NCBI GenBank assembly: GCA_010093605.1
Contig: MU004184.1
Coordinates: 1,746,801-1,810,800 of the forward strand
Source: Lophium mytilinum
Lineage: Eukaryota
Direction: 5' to 3'
Length of the DNA stretch: 64,000 nucleotides
In this document: positions 26,005-38,427 of the stretch, one piece after another
Layout: each line of letters starts with the position of its first letter
Numbering within the stretch: the stretch's first letter is position 1
Notes under the pieces: generated by a model
What the model was told of the DNA's origin: nothing
The model's input: only the letters and a program-made list of their open reading frames with translations
Databases searched by the model: none
Program-made: the position numbers and the translations under genes

Positions 26005-26344
26005 ATGAAAACCGAGTTTCCATGATCTTGCCAATATTCCTGCAGCCGTAGTTTAGCATGGCTAATGCATTGTCCTTCGTCAAGTACTTTCTTTCATCTC
26101 CCATGTGTGTGTCTCGAAACGTCGATGAACCCCGCAGTACTTCTTTGTTCACACCCCAGGGTCACCCAACGAACTAGTTCCCTTGAAATCCTATTTCTGG
26201 CGGATTTGATGCTCTTAGGATGAGCTCATGGCCTGCGGCATGTCCCGTAAGGCCGTTTTCAAATACGCATCCAAACAGCAGCATCATCTACGCCGTGCCA
26301 AAGCCCACCCTCTCACTTCAGGCTTAGCGGTCCAAACAACCACC

Positions 26345-27352
26345 ATGGACCACGCCTGGCAGCAAAACGCCCAAAACTACACCGACTCAGCCCGCCGCGA
26401 CCTCCTCACGCGCATAACCTCCAAACTCCCCGGCTTCGCCCTAACCCTCAAAGAGCGCCTCATCCTAATCCAGCGCCCCTTAATCGACATCTACGCGGGC
26501 CCACACCTCCTCTTCCGCAACCAACCAAAACTCATCCTGCACTACTGCCCCTCTCTAAAACCCTACCTCACGCCCCCCTCCGACGCCGATTGCGAATCCC
26601 TCCGCCTCCCTATCCACTCCACCGACAACCCCTCCCTCCGCCTCGTCCTCGAGCACCTCCGCGCAAAAGCGCTGAGTGTAGTGGAAGAAGCACCGCCCCT
26701 GCTCCCGCCCGCCGGTCTAGTGCCCGCAATCCGCCTCGTGCAGACCGTCAAGCTCTTCGGGCTCCCGGAAGCGAAGGCGTTAGACACGCGGATCTTCCGT
26801 CGCTTACGCTACTCCCAGCTCACAGCGGCAGATGTAGCGGCAATATGGGAGACCCTGCGCGACACGATTTGGGTGCCGCGGATGGCGGCGTGGTTGCTTG
26901 CGCACCGGGCGCGAGGGGATGTGAGGGACTGGGTGGCGATAAATAGGGTGATGCTTGAGAAGCGGGAGTTGGCGGGTTACATGGTGAGGTTTGGGCGGGA
27001 CGGGAGGCGGGACTTTTCGGATCCGGAATTGTGGACTGCGGAGGAGCGGACAGCAATAGAAGGAAGAGAGAGGAAGAAGGAGAGGTTGGGTGTTTTGAGG
27101 GAAAGGAAGGCTAAGGGACAGGCCGCAGAGAGGAGGATGGAAGAGAGGAAGGCGAATCCGCAGTTAATTAGGCGGTTGAGTGAGAGGAGGCGGAGTATCA
27201 AGCAGATTGTGGAGCGGGTTCATGCGGAGCAGGCTGTGTTAAGGAAGAGTATTGTGGGGAGGAGGTGGCGGGCGCTGATTATGGTTGTCAAGGTTGTAGT
27301 TATTTTAGCGAGGGGGTTGAAGTTTAGGTGGGCGGATGAGGAGTTCTATTGA
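26345..27352 (+). CDS. Hypothetical protein with basic coiled-coil-like C-terminus
   Basis: Long ORF; CACCATGG start context at 26345; no family recognised. Confidence 0.65.
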   Translation: MDHAWQQNAQNYTDSARRDLLTRITSKLPGFALTLKERLILIQRPLIDIYAGPHLLFRNQPKLILHYCPSLKPYLTPPSDADCESLRLPIHSTDNPSLRLVLEHLRAKALSVVEEAPPLLPPAGLVPAIRLVQTVKLFGLPEAKALDTRIFRRLRYSQLTAADVAAIWETLRDTIWVPRMAAWLLAHRARGDVRDWVAINRVMLEKRELAGYMVRFGRDGRRDFSDPELWTAEERTAIEGRERKKERLGVLRERKAKGQAAERRMEERKANPQLIRRLSERRRSIKQIVERVHAEQAVLRKSIVGRRWRALIMVVKVVVILARGLKFRWADEEFY

Positions 27353-27369
27353 GGGATTAGGTATCTAGG

Positions 27370-27597
27370 ACAACTGATTGCTATTAGCTATTTTCTCGTG
27401 TAGAGCTACCTAGGCTTTTAATTGTAAGGCTCTTGGCGAAAGAACGGATGGGCTCCAATCGTTTCTAAATTATGGCACTCTAGTCAGCTGGGCAAAAAAG
27501 ACTCAACATGATAGATCACTCTAATCGTTTCTAGTTCATCCCGCTCCGGGTTTGCTAGCGAAACAGCTCAAGCTTGCACGAACTGCTAACGCTTACA
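27370..27597. mobile_element. LTR-like repeat copy 1: 175-bp unit (27423-27597) bounded by TGTAAG...CTTACA plus ~44-bp companion segment (27370-27413)
   Basis: TG...CA ends with 6-bp terminal inverted repeat; near-identical inverted copy at 40608-40817; no target-site duplication seen. Confidence 0.75.
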
Positions 27598-27644
27598 AGC
27601 AAGCACCCCCTCCACATGCACCACAAAACAGCCCCCCACCTCCC

Positions 27645-29982
27645 CTACTGCACCACCTCCTCGGTCTCCTCCACCACATCCTCCACAATCTCCTCAATCT
27701 CCTCAATCTCGCCCTCGCCATCCTTCTGCTTGGCAATCTCGAGCTTCTCGTCCACAATACCCTCCTCCTCGAGCATCTCGGCCATCTGCTCGCGCCACGC
27801 TTTCCACTCCTCCAGCAAGCGCCGTCGCTGCTCAACCACCTGCCGATTCGCCGTGTTCTTCTTCGACAAATCCTGGTCGTCGAAGATCTTCGAGTACGTG
27901 CGCAGGTTCTTGCGGATCTCGGCCTGCTCCTCCTTGGAGAGGAGGGTTTGCGGGCGCGGCCGCCAGATGAGCTGCTTGAAGCGGTCGATGGACTCTTCGC
28001 GTAGCAGCGTGCCTTTGAAGTCGTAGATGTGGTAGCCGTTTTCCATCTGCGGCGCGCGTTAGTACGGTTACTCTATTAGATGTTCAGGAGGTAGGGGAAA
28101 GGGGTTGCTTACGTGATGTCTAAAGGCGCTGGCTACCGTAGCCACATATCTGCCGGTCGGGTCCCACTCGATATCCGTGACGCCGTAGTGCTCCGCCGTG
28201 CTCATGAGTTGTAAGTTAGCGGAGACATCCTTCTCCGACGCCTCCTTCTCGTCCTTGGGCTTCTCGAAGTTGAGGTCCCAGAAGTCGAGGTCGAAGCTCT
28301 GCTGTGATTGGAGCGCGGCGACGACAACGAAGCGGCCCTTGGGAGACCAGTAGATGGCGTTGCTGTTCTTCTTGTCAACGGTGCGGACGTGCTTGAAGTT
28401 GCCGATGACGCCGCCCTTTGCTTTCTCTGGCGCGAAGAAGGACACGGCCGTCTTGGGGGGCACGGCCGAGGCGGCGGGGATCTCGCCGGCGGTGATGAGC
28501 ACGAAGCGGTTACCCTTGGGCTCCCATGCGAAGTTGATCACGGTGTCTTTGATTGAGTCGACGACTTCGACGGGCACGCCCTTTTCGCGCACGCGGAAGA
28601 TCTCGAGGTTTGTGGCAAGCGACTTCTTGGACTTGGAGTGGCGGTCTACTTTGACGCAGACGTAGGCAGCTTCGGATTGCCAGTGTAGCTTTGCGTCTGA
28701 GACGTTGAAGAGGTTTCGGGTGCGCACGATTTCTTTGGAGGGGATGGTCATGAGGCCGACCTTCGCGGGGTTACTGCCAAGTTCGGGTGTCCAGTAGCAG
28801 AAGAGTTGTTCGTATGTCTTGATGCCGTCGCGACGCGGTGTTGCCGGTGCCCATTCGAAGTCCATAACACCCTCGACCTTGATTGATTGTTTGTCGAGGA
28901 GGTTCATCCGGGGAAGTTCGTAGACGGAGATAGATTGGCCTTGGGTCATCCGGGCGACGTAGTTGTCGTCCGAAGACCACTTGAATGTCGGCCACTGCAT
29001 CTTCTTCTTGACAGGGTTGCCCTCCGCATCTGTCGAGCTCGGGACATCGAGTGTGGCGAACGACCGCAGCGGCTTTCCAGTAGCGATATCCCAGATGATG
29101 TAGTTCTTGCCATCATCGTCCGCCGAGAGCGATGGCACCGGGTTGTTCTCGTCCACCTGGAGTGGCTTATGCGACCAAGTGGTAAGGTACTTCTCGTTGG
29201 GAGAGAAATCAACCAGGTTCACACCAGGATGAGCGAACCGCTTTTGCCTGCTCCACGCCTTCCCACCCCATAGCTGCACACCCTGCGCGTGTATCGAAGT
29301 CAGGAACGTTCCCAACGGCGACCACTGCACAAAGAACTCGGTCCAGTTGTCCCTATCCACGACCTGCTCGGGCTGGTCTTCCTTATCGTTCCAGAACACG
29401 CCCACCTTGTCGCCTCGGTACATGACCATCTGGTCGCGCGCCTCCATATCTCCGAGCCAGGACCTGAGATGTTCCTTCTCCTGGAATGGCTCGATTGTGG
29501 GCTCATGGTACTCCTCGCTGATCTTGCCCTCGCGGCCATAGCGGTCGATATCGGTGAGCTTATTGACGGCCATGGTATGCCTCCTGTCGAGGGCAGTTCC
29601 ATGGAGGGCTTTGACAGCCGCTACGGCCTCGCTGGGGGCGCTGTACTCGACGAAAGCATATCTAGATTAACCCGTCAGTAAACCATCCATGAGAGCCCCG
29701 AGTGCAAATGAAGTCCTACCCTTCAGTCGTCCCGCTCTCGTCCAAAGGCATAAACACGCCATCCTCCTTTACTTTTCCCACAGTATTCAGCTTTCGGAGC
29801 AAAAACTTAGTTAATTTGGGCTTGTTTTCGTCCGGGACTTTGGGCAGGCCGTCGACCACGACAAAGGCGTCGAGACCCTCCTCGAGGCGGACTTCATATT
29901 GTTCCTGGAGATCGGAGAAATCGACCTCGTCTTCGTCGAATTCGTCGTCTTCGATGGGTAGGTTATCGTATGAGGGCGCCAT
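27645..29982 (-). CDS. PRT1: Translation initiation factor eIF3 subunit b, 3 exons
   Basis: [19 protein letters not shown], beta-propeller region ([34 protein letters not shown]), [15 protein letters not shown]. Confidence 0.97.
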
Positions 29983-30793
29983 GGTTGTTGTGTTGTGTGG
30001 AAAAATGCGACGAGGGGCGCGCCCGTGGGGTTGAGGGCTTTTGAATTTCGGCAAAGTGGGATCACGTGACCGCTACATGAAGGGGGGTTTACCATGGTAG
30101 TGCATTCGGAATTTGACTGGGACTTGACGGTCGTGGGGCTACTCCAATAGAATTCCAGTAAATATCATCGATGATTCAAGCTCATCCTTTTGACTCATTC
30201 ATTCACTATCTTGCTACACCAGCGTCACATTTACAGGCACAGGTAGACTCAACGAAGGCGCAGCAACGCTACTTAATAGAAGTATCATTCTTACAGTCTA
30301 GGTATGGACGTTTTCCTCCATCCAAGCGTGCATGGGATCGCCGCAACTCAGTCCTAACCCAAAGAGACCACATTGCTCATTACAGATTATATTGCTCCCC
30401 CACAGAAGGGGCCAGGTGAATCATCCACAGCAGACAAAGGAAAGTCTCACATGAGAGACTAGAAATAATCACCGCTTCCAACGGCTGAATGCAGTAATAC
30501 AGTAGTAGAGCGTGCCGTCGTCCGTGCCGTCGTTACCGAATATCCCAAAAACCGTTCATGTATGACCGCACATTGTACTCGTTTCCATGATAATGGAGAG
30601 TCAGTTAGAAAAACAACGCTCGCTCTTCTTCGAGGATTGCCGCCGAAAACGCCTGGGATGGACAGCGAACTCGAATTCAGCTGGCTCGAGTGCCTCAAGC
30701 GCAAGGGCAAACTCCGTATTCGTCGTATGGTCCATAAACGCTGTAAAGACAAAAAAATATTAATCAACGTAAGAAGAGAATAACCGACTTATC

Positions 30794-33700
30794 CTACAGT
30801 CCTCTCCTACCTTCCACGTTGTCGTTGTGTGACTTGACCAACCTCGCACCTGCACTGACTCTCTTCTGTAGTCGTTCTCGCTCACGCTCTCGCGAAGCTG
30901 GCGTGCTGCCGTTACCGGCTGCGATCGTTGGCAAGGCTGTAAGCTTATCACCGCCAGGGCTATCTGACCGTTTTCCAGTTCCCATCGAGGGTCTAATTCC
31001 AGCCTTTTGATCGGCTTTCTGTTCGAGGTAGACGCGAGCGGAGTTACTCATAGGAATCGGTGCCGGTTGCGAGGGTAGGTCGGCCCCATTCTGGAGCAGC
31101 AATTCTGCGACAGGGAAAGCTTTTCTGGGAGGGGGTGCTGCCGTTCGTGCACCTGGGCCAGGAGAGCTGGCTGGTGAAGCGGTTGCAGATGGTGACGCAG
31201 GGTCAGCCGCAGCCAGCGCAAGGAATACAGTATGCGTGCCGCGAGAGCGATCTTTAGAGTTCGGGTCCGCGCGGAGGGCCAACGCGTACAACACGTTCTG
31301 GATGTCGTTCTTCTTGATAGAAGCCAGAAGTGTTTCTTCGGGAGTCGAGTAGTGAGATAGTGTGGGTGAGATTGGCGCCACAAAGGCACGGTCGGAGTAT
31401 TTGGCGGTAATGAAGTGTAAACGTTGTTCGCGAGTTGATTGCGGACCGGGTTTCTGTGATCGGTCTAGTCTCGCTTCCCAAACCATGTTGCTAACACGAT
31501 TGCCTATAGTGAGAAGCACTTCGATGATGTCTTGAGTGAACGAGTTCGTATCTAGAGTGAGAGACCGCACTTTGGAGATATGTGTTCCAAGCGAGCGATG
31601 AATGCCACTACATTCGATGCATACCACGATCCCAAGGTTGATGGACACCCACTCGACTTTACTTTCGGAACCGCAATCTGCACAGACACTGTTGCCAGCG
31701 TCTGCATCACGAATCTGTTGTAGCAGCTTGAATGAGTCATCGCCGTTTTCACTGGTGCGGTAAGATGGTCTATCGCCTACGGTAGCGTGGCGAGTAGGAG
31801 TCCTTGAGGCGGTGTTGCCGTAGGAGCTCCGGTGGTGGTTGGACACAGACGAGCTCTTTCCTGTCAGGACGGACGCGATATCTCGTCGGTTATTGCCGGG
31901 TAATGATTCTGTTGACACGCGTTGGCTCACGTCCATTCCCTTTCCTTCAACCGCACTTTGGAGGGCGTTATTCACAGCCGAAATCCAGGACTTCATGTCG
32001 TCTTCCGACGTTCCCTGGTACACTCTGGTGAAGTTTGGTGTGATCACTTCGAAGCAGAAGCGGCGTTCAGCGTTCCGTGCCTCTCGGACAGACGCCATTC
32101 GAAGGTCAATCGGCTCCATATGAAGGTCCAACTTCTCCTTCCAATTTGTGTACTCGGACAGTTTGCCTTGATCAAGTACGATCCAGAACCTAGTTCATGT
32201 GAGTACTATAACAGAAGATGGTTTTCAGAAAACTTACTTATGCCATGCCTGCTTGTTCAATCCCCTTGGATCGGCGTGGCTTCCGGGTCTGCTTAGTGCC
32301 CACAGTAAACCCTCCTTTCGGTGTTGACCCTGGTTCTGGTCAGATCCCAAGACCCCGGTGTGGTCCTTATCTTCCAAGTCGCGGATGCCCTTGAATTTGT
32401 TCATATTTGGGCTACCACCCTGTGTCTGCTGGTTCAGCGTGGTCGAGGGAGTAGAAATCGTGGCAATAGTAGGAAGTGATGAGCTTGACGGAGGTCCACT
32501 TGTGGGAGGCGGGCTGATTGTACTTTTGAACATTGGGGCAATACTTTCCCTCCTCGGCGCCGGTTCTGAACTGTCGAGCGGAGTGGATCTGTTGCCATTC
32601 GAACTTGCAAGGGAAGCCGGGGGTCCGTGGGATGTCAAAGAACCCTCTCGCTCGATATACGACTTCTGAGTCTTTTCGAGTGCCCTCCGCTTCTCTTCTC
32701 TCTCAGAGCGTTGCAACTGAAAGTCCTTGTCTGCCTCTCTAACTTCGAAACTGAGGGCCTCGAGTTGGGGAAGCATAGTCTCGATTTTCTTGGCAGTGGC
32801 CAAGTAATTCTTCGCTTGAGCATCCGCGTATCTCGTCAGATGTGAGAGAATCTCTTGATCTTTCCGTCCTCCATGAAGGTCTTGCATGAAGGAAGAATAG
32901 TCGAAGCGCTTCAATTCGAAGTTTCGACGTTTGCTTTCGTACTTTGAGTCGGTCTCCACCCGCTTCTTCTCTTTAAGAGAGTCCGATCGTTGACCGAGGT
33001 ACTTGCTGACATACTGATAGTACTCTTTGCTCTCCTCCTCAAAGTCCTTCTTCTTGGACTCAGCCTGTTTAATGTCGACATTATATAGTTTATGGATAGG
33101 GTCAATGATAAGCTTTTTGATGTTCTTCGTGTTCTCTCTTTCATTTGCCAGTATTTCCTTGGCTATCTTGTCGAAATAGTGATCGATCGCTGGCTGCACC
33201 GCATTTGTATTTGTCATCGATGCTTCTTTCAGAGCTTCCATCAATTCAGCCATCGAGTTGTTACAGGTCACTTGGGCCTCCGAGGCAGCCTCGGCGCGTT
33301 TTAGGACCTTCTTCCATCGAAGGCGCATATTGCCAGTCTTGGACTCCAGCGACTTCATTGTAGCTCTGAAAAGTGGTCCGTCCTCCTGCTGACTGAGGTC
33401 TTCTCCAGGCTTCTGACATAAGTCGACTTTGACAGTGCTTCCAGTCAAACTGGTCGACTGCGTCTGGGTTGGTACCAGTCCAAGCCCGTATTCTGGCACA
33501 GGTTCCATACTAGGGGAAACTGGCATGTCCTTGTAGTCTCCTCCGTCTGAATCACTGACACGAGACTCTATTGATTGGGAGGATGGTACTCGAAGTCGGG
33601 GAGGTACACCAAGTTCGAGACGAGGAGAGGGAGACAAGGGACTGCCGAGGTTACGCTGGGTGTCTAGGAAATGTTAGTGCGATGTGAACACATCGGAAAG

Positions 33701-34535
33701 GGAAGCCTTACTATGAACCCAGAAGGAAAAGCTGGCCAGTGTGTCTAGCCGGTGCGCTCGCTGATCGTACTCGACAAACTGTACCGCATGTCAGTGCTGC
33801 TAGCAAAACGATTTACGAATAGAAGACTTACGCTGCAGCTGTTGCGCCAGCCCCCACCTCGGTCCTCCTGCGGCTTCGGAGGTTTCCATTTCCAAGACCA
33901 CTGGAATTGAACTGAGGGGTGGCCACCGGTAGAGTAATCGCCGACCAACTCCACGTTCGGGTTCTTGTGCAGATTTGGATTGGCATGGAACTCTCTTGTG
34001 ACCAGATTATCGAGCTCTCTGATCGTTGACCCTTGCACGAACGTCAACCCGTTTATTGTGACGTCTGTTGGGCCGCTCGCGGCGACTGTGGAGTTGTTAT
34101 TCGTATTGTACGCAGAAGGTGAGCCTTGCGACTGCCGGGCGACGAAAGTGAAACCGAACACTAGTTCCTCATCATTGGGTAGTCGGATGAGGAACGTTGG
34201 TGGCCCGGTGGAGACATTGCTGTCAGGGTCCTACATGAGGTGGTTAGCAGACATTCAACAGCTGGAGCCACGTCGAGACCAACCTGTACATAGTCTACGA
34301 TCCCATCATCTCCAAAATCCCTCTTCGCGCCGTAGCGAGTCGCAGGAAAGGCGTTGGGCGAGATGTTCAGTAATGTTCGACCGCGTGAATTCATTATCGT
34401 CAAGTTGGTGACCGACACTACGATAAGAGTTAGTGAAGCAATGTGGCATAGCGGAGTCCCATGCAGCTTACATCGATTTTGATTGCTCAGGTAGATAGCA
34501 TTCCCGTCTCCGGGTCTGCTGTTCACTACGCCCAT
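30794..34535 (-). CDS. ArfGAP with BAR and PH domains (ACAP/centaurin-beta-like), multi-exon
   Basis: EDGPLFRATMKSLE...FELKRFDY (BAR), RKEGLLWAL...WHK / ERRFCFEVITP (PH), CADCGS..VEWVSINLGIVVCIECSGIHRSLGTHISKVRSLTLD (ArfGAP). Confidence 0.94.
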
Positions 34536-36307
34536 ACTGAAAGACGCGCCCAGTCGTGGCGGCTAATAGACAGTGGCAGAACGCAGCAAGATCAAGTCGC
34601 GAACTGGAGCGCAGAGAGAGCGAGGAACATGACAGTCCCTTGAGGGGAAAGGCCCGCGAGAATGCTTCGTAATTCGCAATCAAAGTGAGTCCGGGATTGG
34701 CTAATTTAGATTATATGCTGCTCCGAGGCGGAAGAGGCTGTCGGGAAGAAATGCGGGTACGAACAGAGGCGGCCGCGAAGAGCTACACGATAGCTTTGAA
34801 GGTAACGCTGCCCGGGGAAGAAGGATCGCGGTTCGTAGTCAGGGAGAAGGGGAAGGGGAGTCGGACGCAGGTGTCGTTTGGGCGTGCGTCGTTTGTCTTC
34901 GGAGGGGGACCTAGGTTCATCAGCGGCTGGCACTACAGCGGGCGCGGGGAGCCAAGCGCTCACAAAATCACGTAGGGAGGCACCGTTCACGCCTTAGCCT
35001 TGCAAGCCTCTCACATCATTTCTGAGATGCAACTCAGGCACAGAGGTCCCGTGCCCTGCCAATACGAACTGTCTGCTTCGTGCCTCCTGCAGCACCTGAC
35101 GCCGCTGGGCTAGGTTTCGAACAAGCCACGATAGCTTCTTCGTCGCCCGTCACCCTCCTTGCCACTCTAACGGCTGACACACCGCCAGGCAGTGTCATTT
35201 CTATTGATTCTGGCCGTCTTCATCGTCACTTGACGCTGCAGCCTCGTGCACGCGCGGCAACACCTCCATATTAAGGGCGCAACGTAAGCTTTGGCGACCG
35301 TGTTGTTGATGCCCTTGTCTCGAATTGGAGCACGATCGAATTTAGGCCACGTCAAGACTCATTTCTAGTGCCTAGCAAAATCCGAGGGAGAGTTTAAGGT
35401 CATGACTGCGAAGCACCAGCTTACTGTCGCGTGATACTGGCCAGTCACCTCGTTGAATCGCCTCATTAGACACTTTGGAGAAAGCTCCGTGACGGCTATG
35501 CAGGGCAAGTACTTGGCTCTGCAGAGATTAGGCTCTGGTGCCCAGGTACCAGCGCTAAGTAGTTTCAGCCTTAAAGTGAGTGCAACGCGGCTGTACGCGA
35601 ACTAGATGTGCCTCAGGTTAGATATCATCGCCGCAATGTTCGTCAATTATGTATAATTAGCAACGTGCGGCGAATGACTCGCAGGCTGGCTTTACATATG
35701 GACTCTTGAGTCGTGCTTTCTTGTCACTGCGTGTTTTAGCCAACCATCAGGACAGAGCACCTTTTTTCTCCTTATGAACATCTACCCAGATAACTGAATG
35801 ATTTCTAGCAAAAGGTGGAAGAGAGCGTCTGCTATCAATTCTCTAATTACATCCGCTAGCAAGCTGCGTGGCCAGATTATAGCCATGGCCTTCAGATCTG
35901 AATCGAAACAGAGAACTTGAGAGCATGAATGAATCGCCGAAAGAGTAGCACCAAGAAGCAATACTCAAGAGTAAAATGGTCAGTCGATCAGAGTTTCGAG
36001 AAACGGAGAGTGCCCTGGTGGCGCCAAATCTTGAGAGCCCAGCTGCTGACTAAGCTTGGGCTATTCCCAATAAAGACAGCTCACAGCCAATGCATGCACC
36101 GTGTTTCTAAAGTTCAGCCAATGTGATTGGCTACTCCCCACTAAATGGTCAATAATTTATCCAAATTACAATCACACAAAACGCACGATGGTATGTTCCA
36201 AGACGGTGATAGAATTACAGAAGCGAAGGCTATTCCTAGCATTTTCAGTCAAACTCCTCCACATGTGTTGCCCGGCTACTCCAGTCTCAACCTTTCTCCA
36301 TCAACAC

Positions 36308-37460
36308 CTACTCTGCGGCAGTCAACGTGCTCATGTACGCCTTATACGCCGTTCCAGAGGTCGGCTCAATAGAAAAGATATAGTCCGCCCACCACGGTCC
36401 CGCAGCCCACCACAGAGCACCTAGCCACACGTCGCTGTTCTGCTGCATGTAGCTCAGCATGCCCTGCACAGCCGTCTCGCACTGGCTATTCGCACCTCCA
36501 GCGAATTCGCCAATGATGCCCTTCTTGCCATTTGACTTGAGCCATTGCGTTGCCGCCTGGAGGCGCTCTTGGCCGATAGTGCTAGACACACAATCTGCAC
36601 TGGTGCCAGACCCGTCGCTGTCGAGATACTGGTGCATCTGGTAAATGATTTTATCGTTGGGATCCGTCAGCGCGCCCATGGTGGCGCCGTTTTGTCCTGT
36701 AGTCCAAGTCCACGCGCCTGTCCAGTCGTTGCCTTCAACCGTGATATACTGGGAAGTGGCGCCGGCGGCCCGGATGCCGTCTATGGCGGCTTGGTTGAGC
36801 TGCACGACGAGGGATTGATCCATGTCGTGGACTGACTTGTAATTAGGTTATGAAATTGAAATACGGATATGGCGGGACATACATTCGTTGTTGGTGTCAA
36901 AGATGACCTTGCTGTTGCTTGAAAAGGCGCCAGCAAGGGTCTTCCAGAACGCTTGGAAGCCCGACGTGTCGGTGATGATGTTGCCATAGTAGCGGCCGTA
37001 GTTGTGCGGTAGGATTAGAGCATATGCACCTTTGTTTGTGATATACTCAACCGTCTAGTAGAATCTCAGTATAATGCTAGTTATATAACAGTTGAAAAAC
37101 GTACAGTCTTAAGGTCAGCTAGGTAGGCTGAGTCCAATGAGCCAGTCATCGAGTTAGGAATGATACGCTCCATCATGATATTGATGCGGAAGGTATTGAA
37201 GCCTTGGTTGACGAAGGTCTTGTTGTGTTAGAAACTTGTTCTCTAGACTATGCTGGGATTCATACGTCGATTGTACTAAGAGTTGGCCACACATAGTCTG
37301 TGCCCTTGGTTCCAGGCAAATTTGTGTTTCCAAATTCTGGGCCACTCTCGTTCACACCGAAGAATTGAAACTTCGAAACACGCTTCTTCTTGTCCGCGAT
37401 AGGAGCTGCCAGGGCAAGGCCGGCCGTACCAGCGGCGAGAAAGATTGAAAAGAAATGCAT
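36308..37460 (-). CDS. Secreted GH5 endo-1,4-beta-glucanase, no CBM1, multi-exon
   Basis: Signal peptide [45 protein letters not shown] (acid/base), [22 protein letters not shown] (nucleophile), WWAAGPWW. Confidence 0.95.
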
Positions 37461-38427
37461 TTTGAGAGAAAGTTGGCAGACTCGATGAAATAGAAAGAGC
37501 GTACTGGCTAGGAATTCGACTGACTACGGGAGGATTTGCTCTCATATACTTCCAAGCCGTCACCCCATTTCATCATTCAAATTAGTCTAATTGAGCGAGG
37601 TGGAGCCCAGGGGGAGATTCTAGGCGATTGAAACATGTCATTAGTCGGAGCGCCACCTCCGTCGGCATTGGTAGAGCGTGTGCCATATTGCTCGTAGCTG
37701 ACAGGCCCGTTTGAGCTGTGGTTGGATTGGACAAGTCTTGTTCTGGGTGAAATGCTTATGAGCCGGACCAAAGGGCTAGTTAATGAATCAACACAATCAG
37801 GCAATTGAGTGGAATGTTTTGATCTCCATTGCATGGCAGCCACAGAAAGCGATTGTGGATTGCGGGGAAATACTGTATATTGGAAAGTGGCCGCCGTTTC
37901 AACAAGGGTTCGCCGCAGATATAGGGACCGCGCCAGCCGGCTGCTGACGTCTTCAAGGGAACAATAAAGTGGAAAGCCAGAGTTACGGGAGACCAAGTTT
38001 CGGCAAATGTCAAGAGATATGTACGATTAGCGAGGCGCTGCCATGCCACTTTGCCGACAGAAAAGTTGAGGTGGAAACAGGGGAGGGGCAGGATACCGTC
38101 TGGTAGTCATTGTCGAGGGTGCCAGAAGAGCACCATGCCTCTCAAACCCAATACTTGCAGCTCAGAAGCGATACACGATGGTGTAGGAGCCGTTGATGCA
38201 TTCATTCGTGCAGTTGGGTGAGATGGAGTGCTTTGTGGGTGGTGTGCAGCTGGGGAAGTCGCGCTAAGGCAGAACAACCATCGTGATCGTGATGCCCGAG
38301 GTATCTGTCTTTGGCTTCAACGCGCGCCCTATACCAACTCCACAAGACCTGATGGGCCCCAGATCTCAGTCTCGGTGGCTCCCTATGTGACGAGTAGGGT
38401 CCAAATCGTGGTATCGACAACGACAAC

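Noticed and set aside
30061..30070. TCACGTGAC E-box upstream of eIF3b
   Set aside because: Plausible bHLH site, but a single short motif cannot be supported from sequence alone
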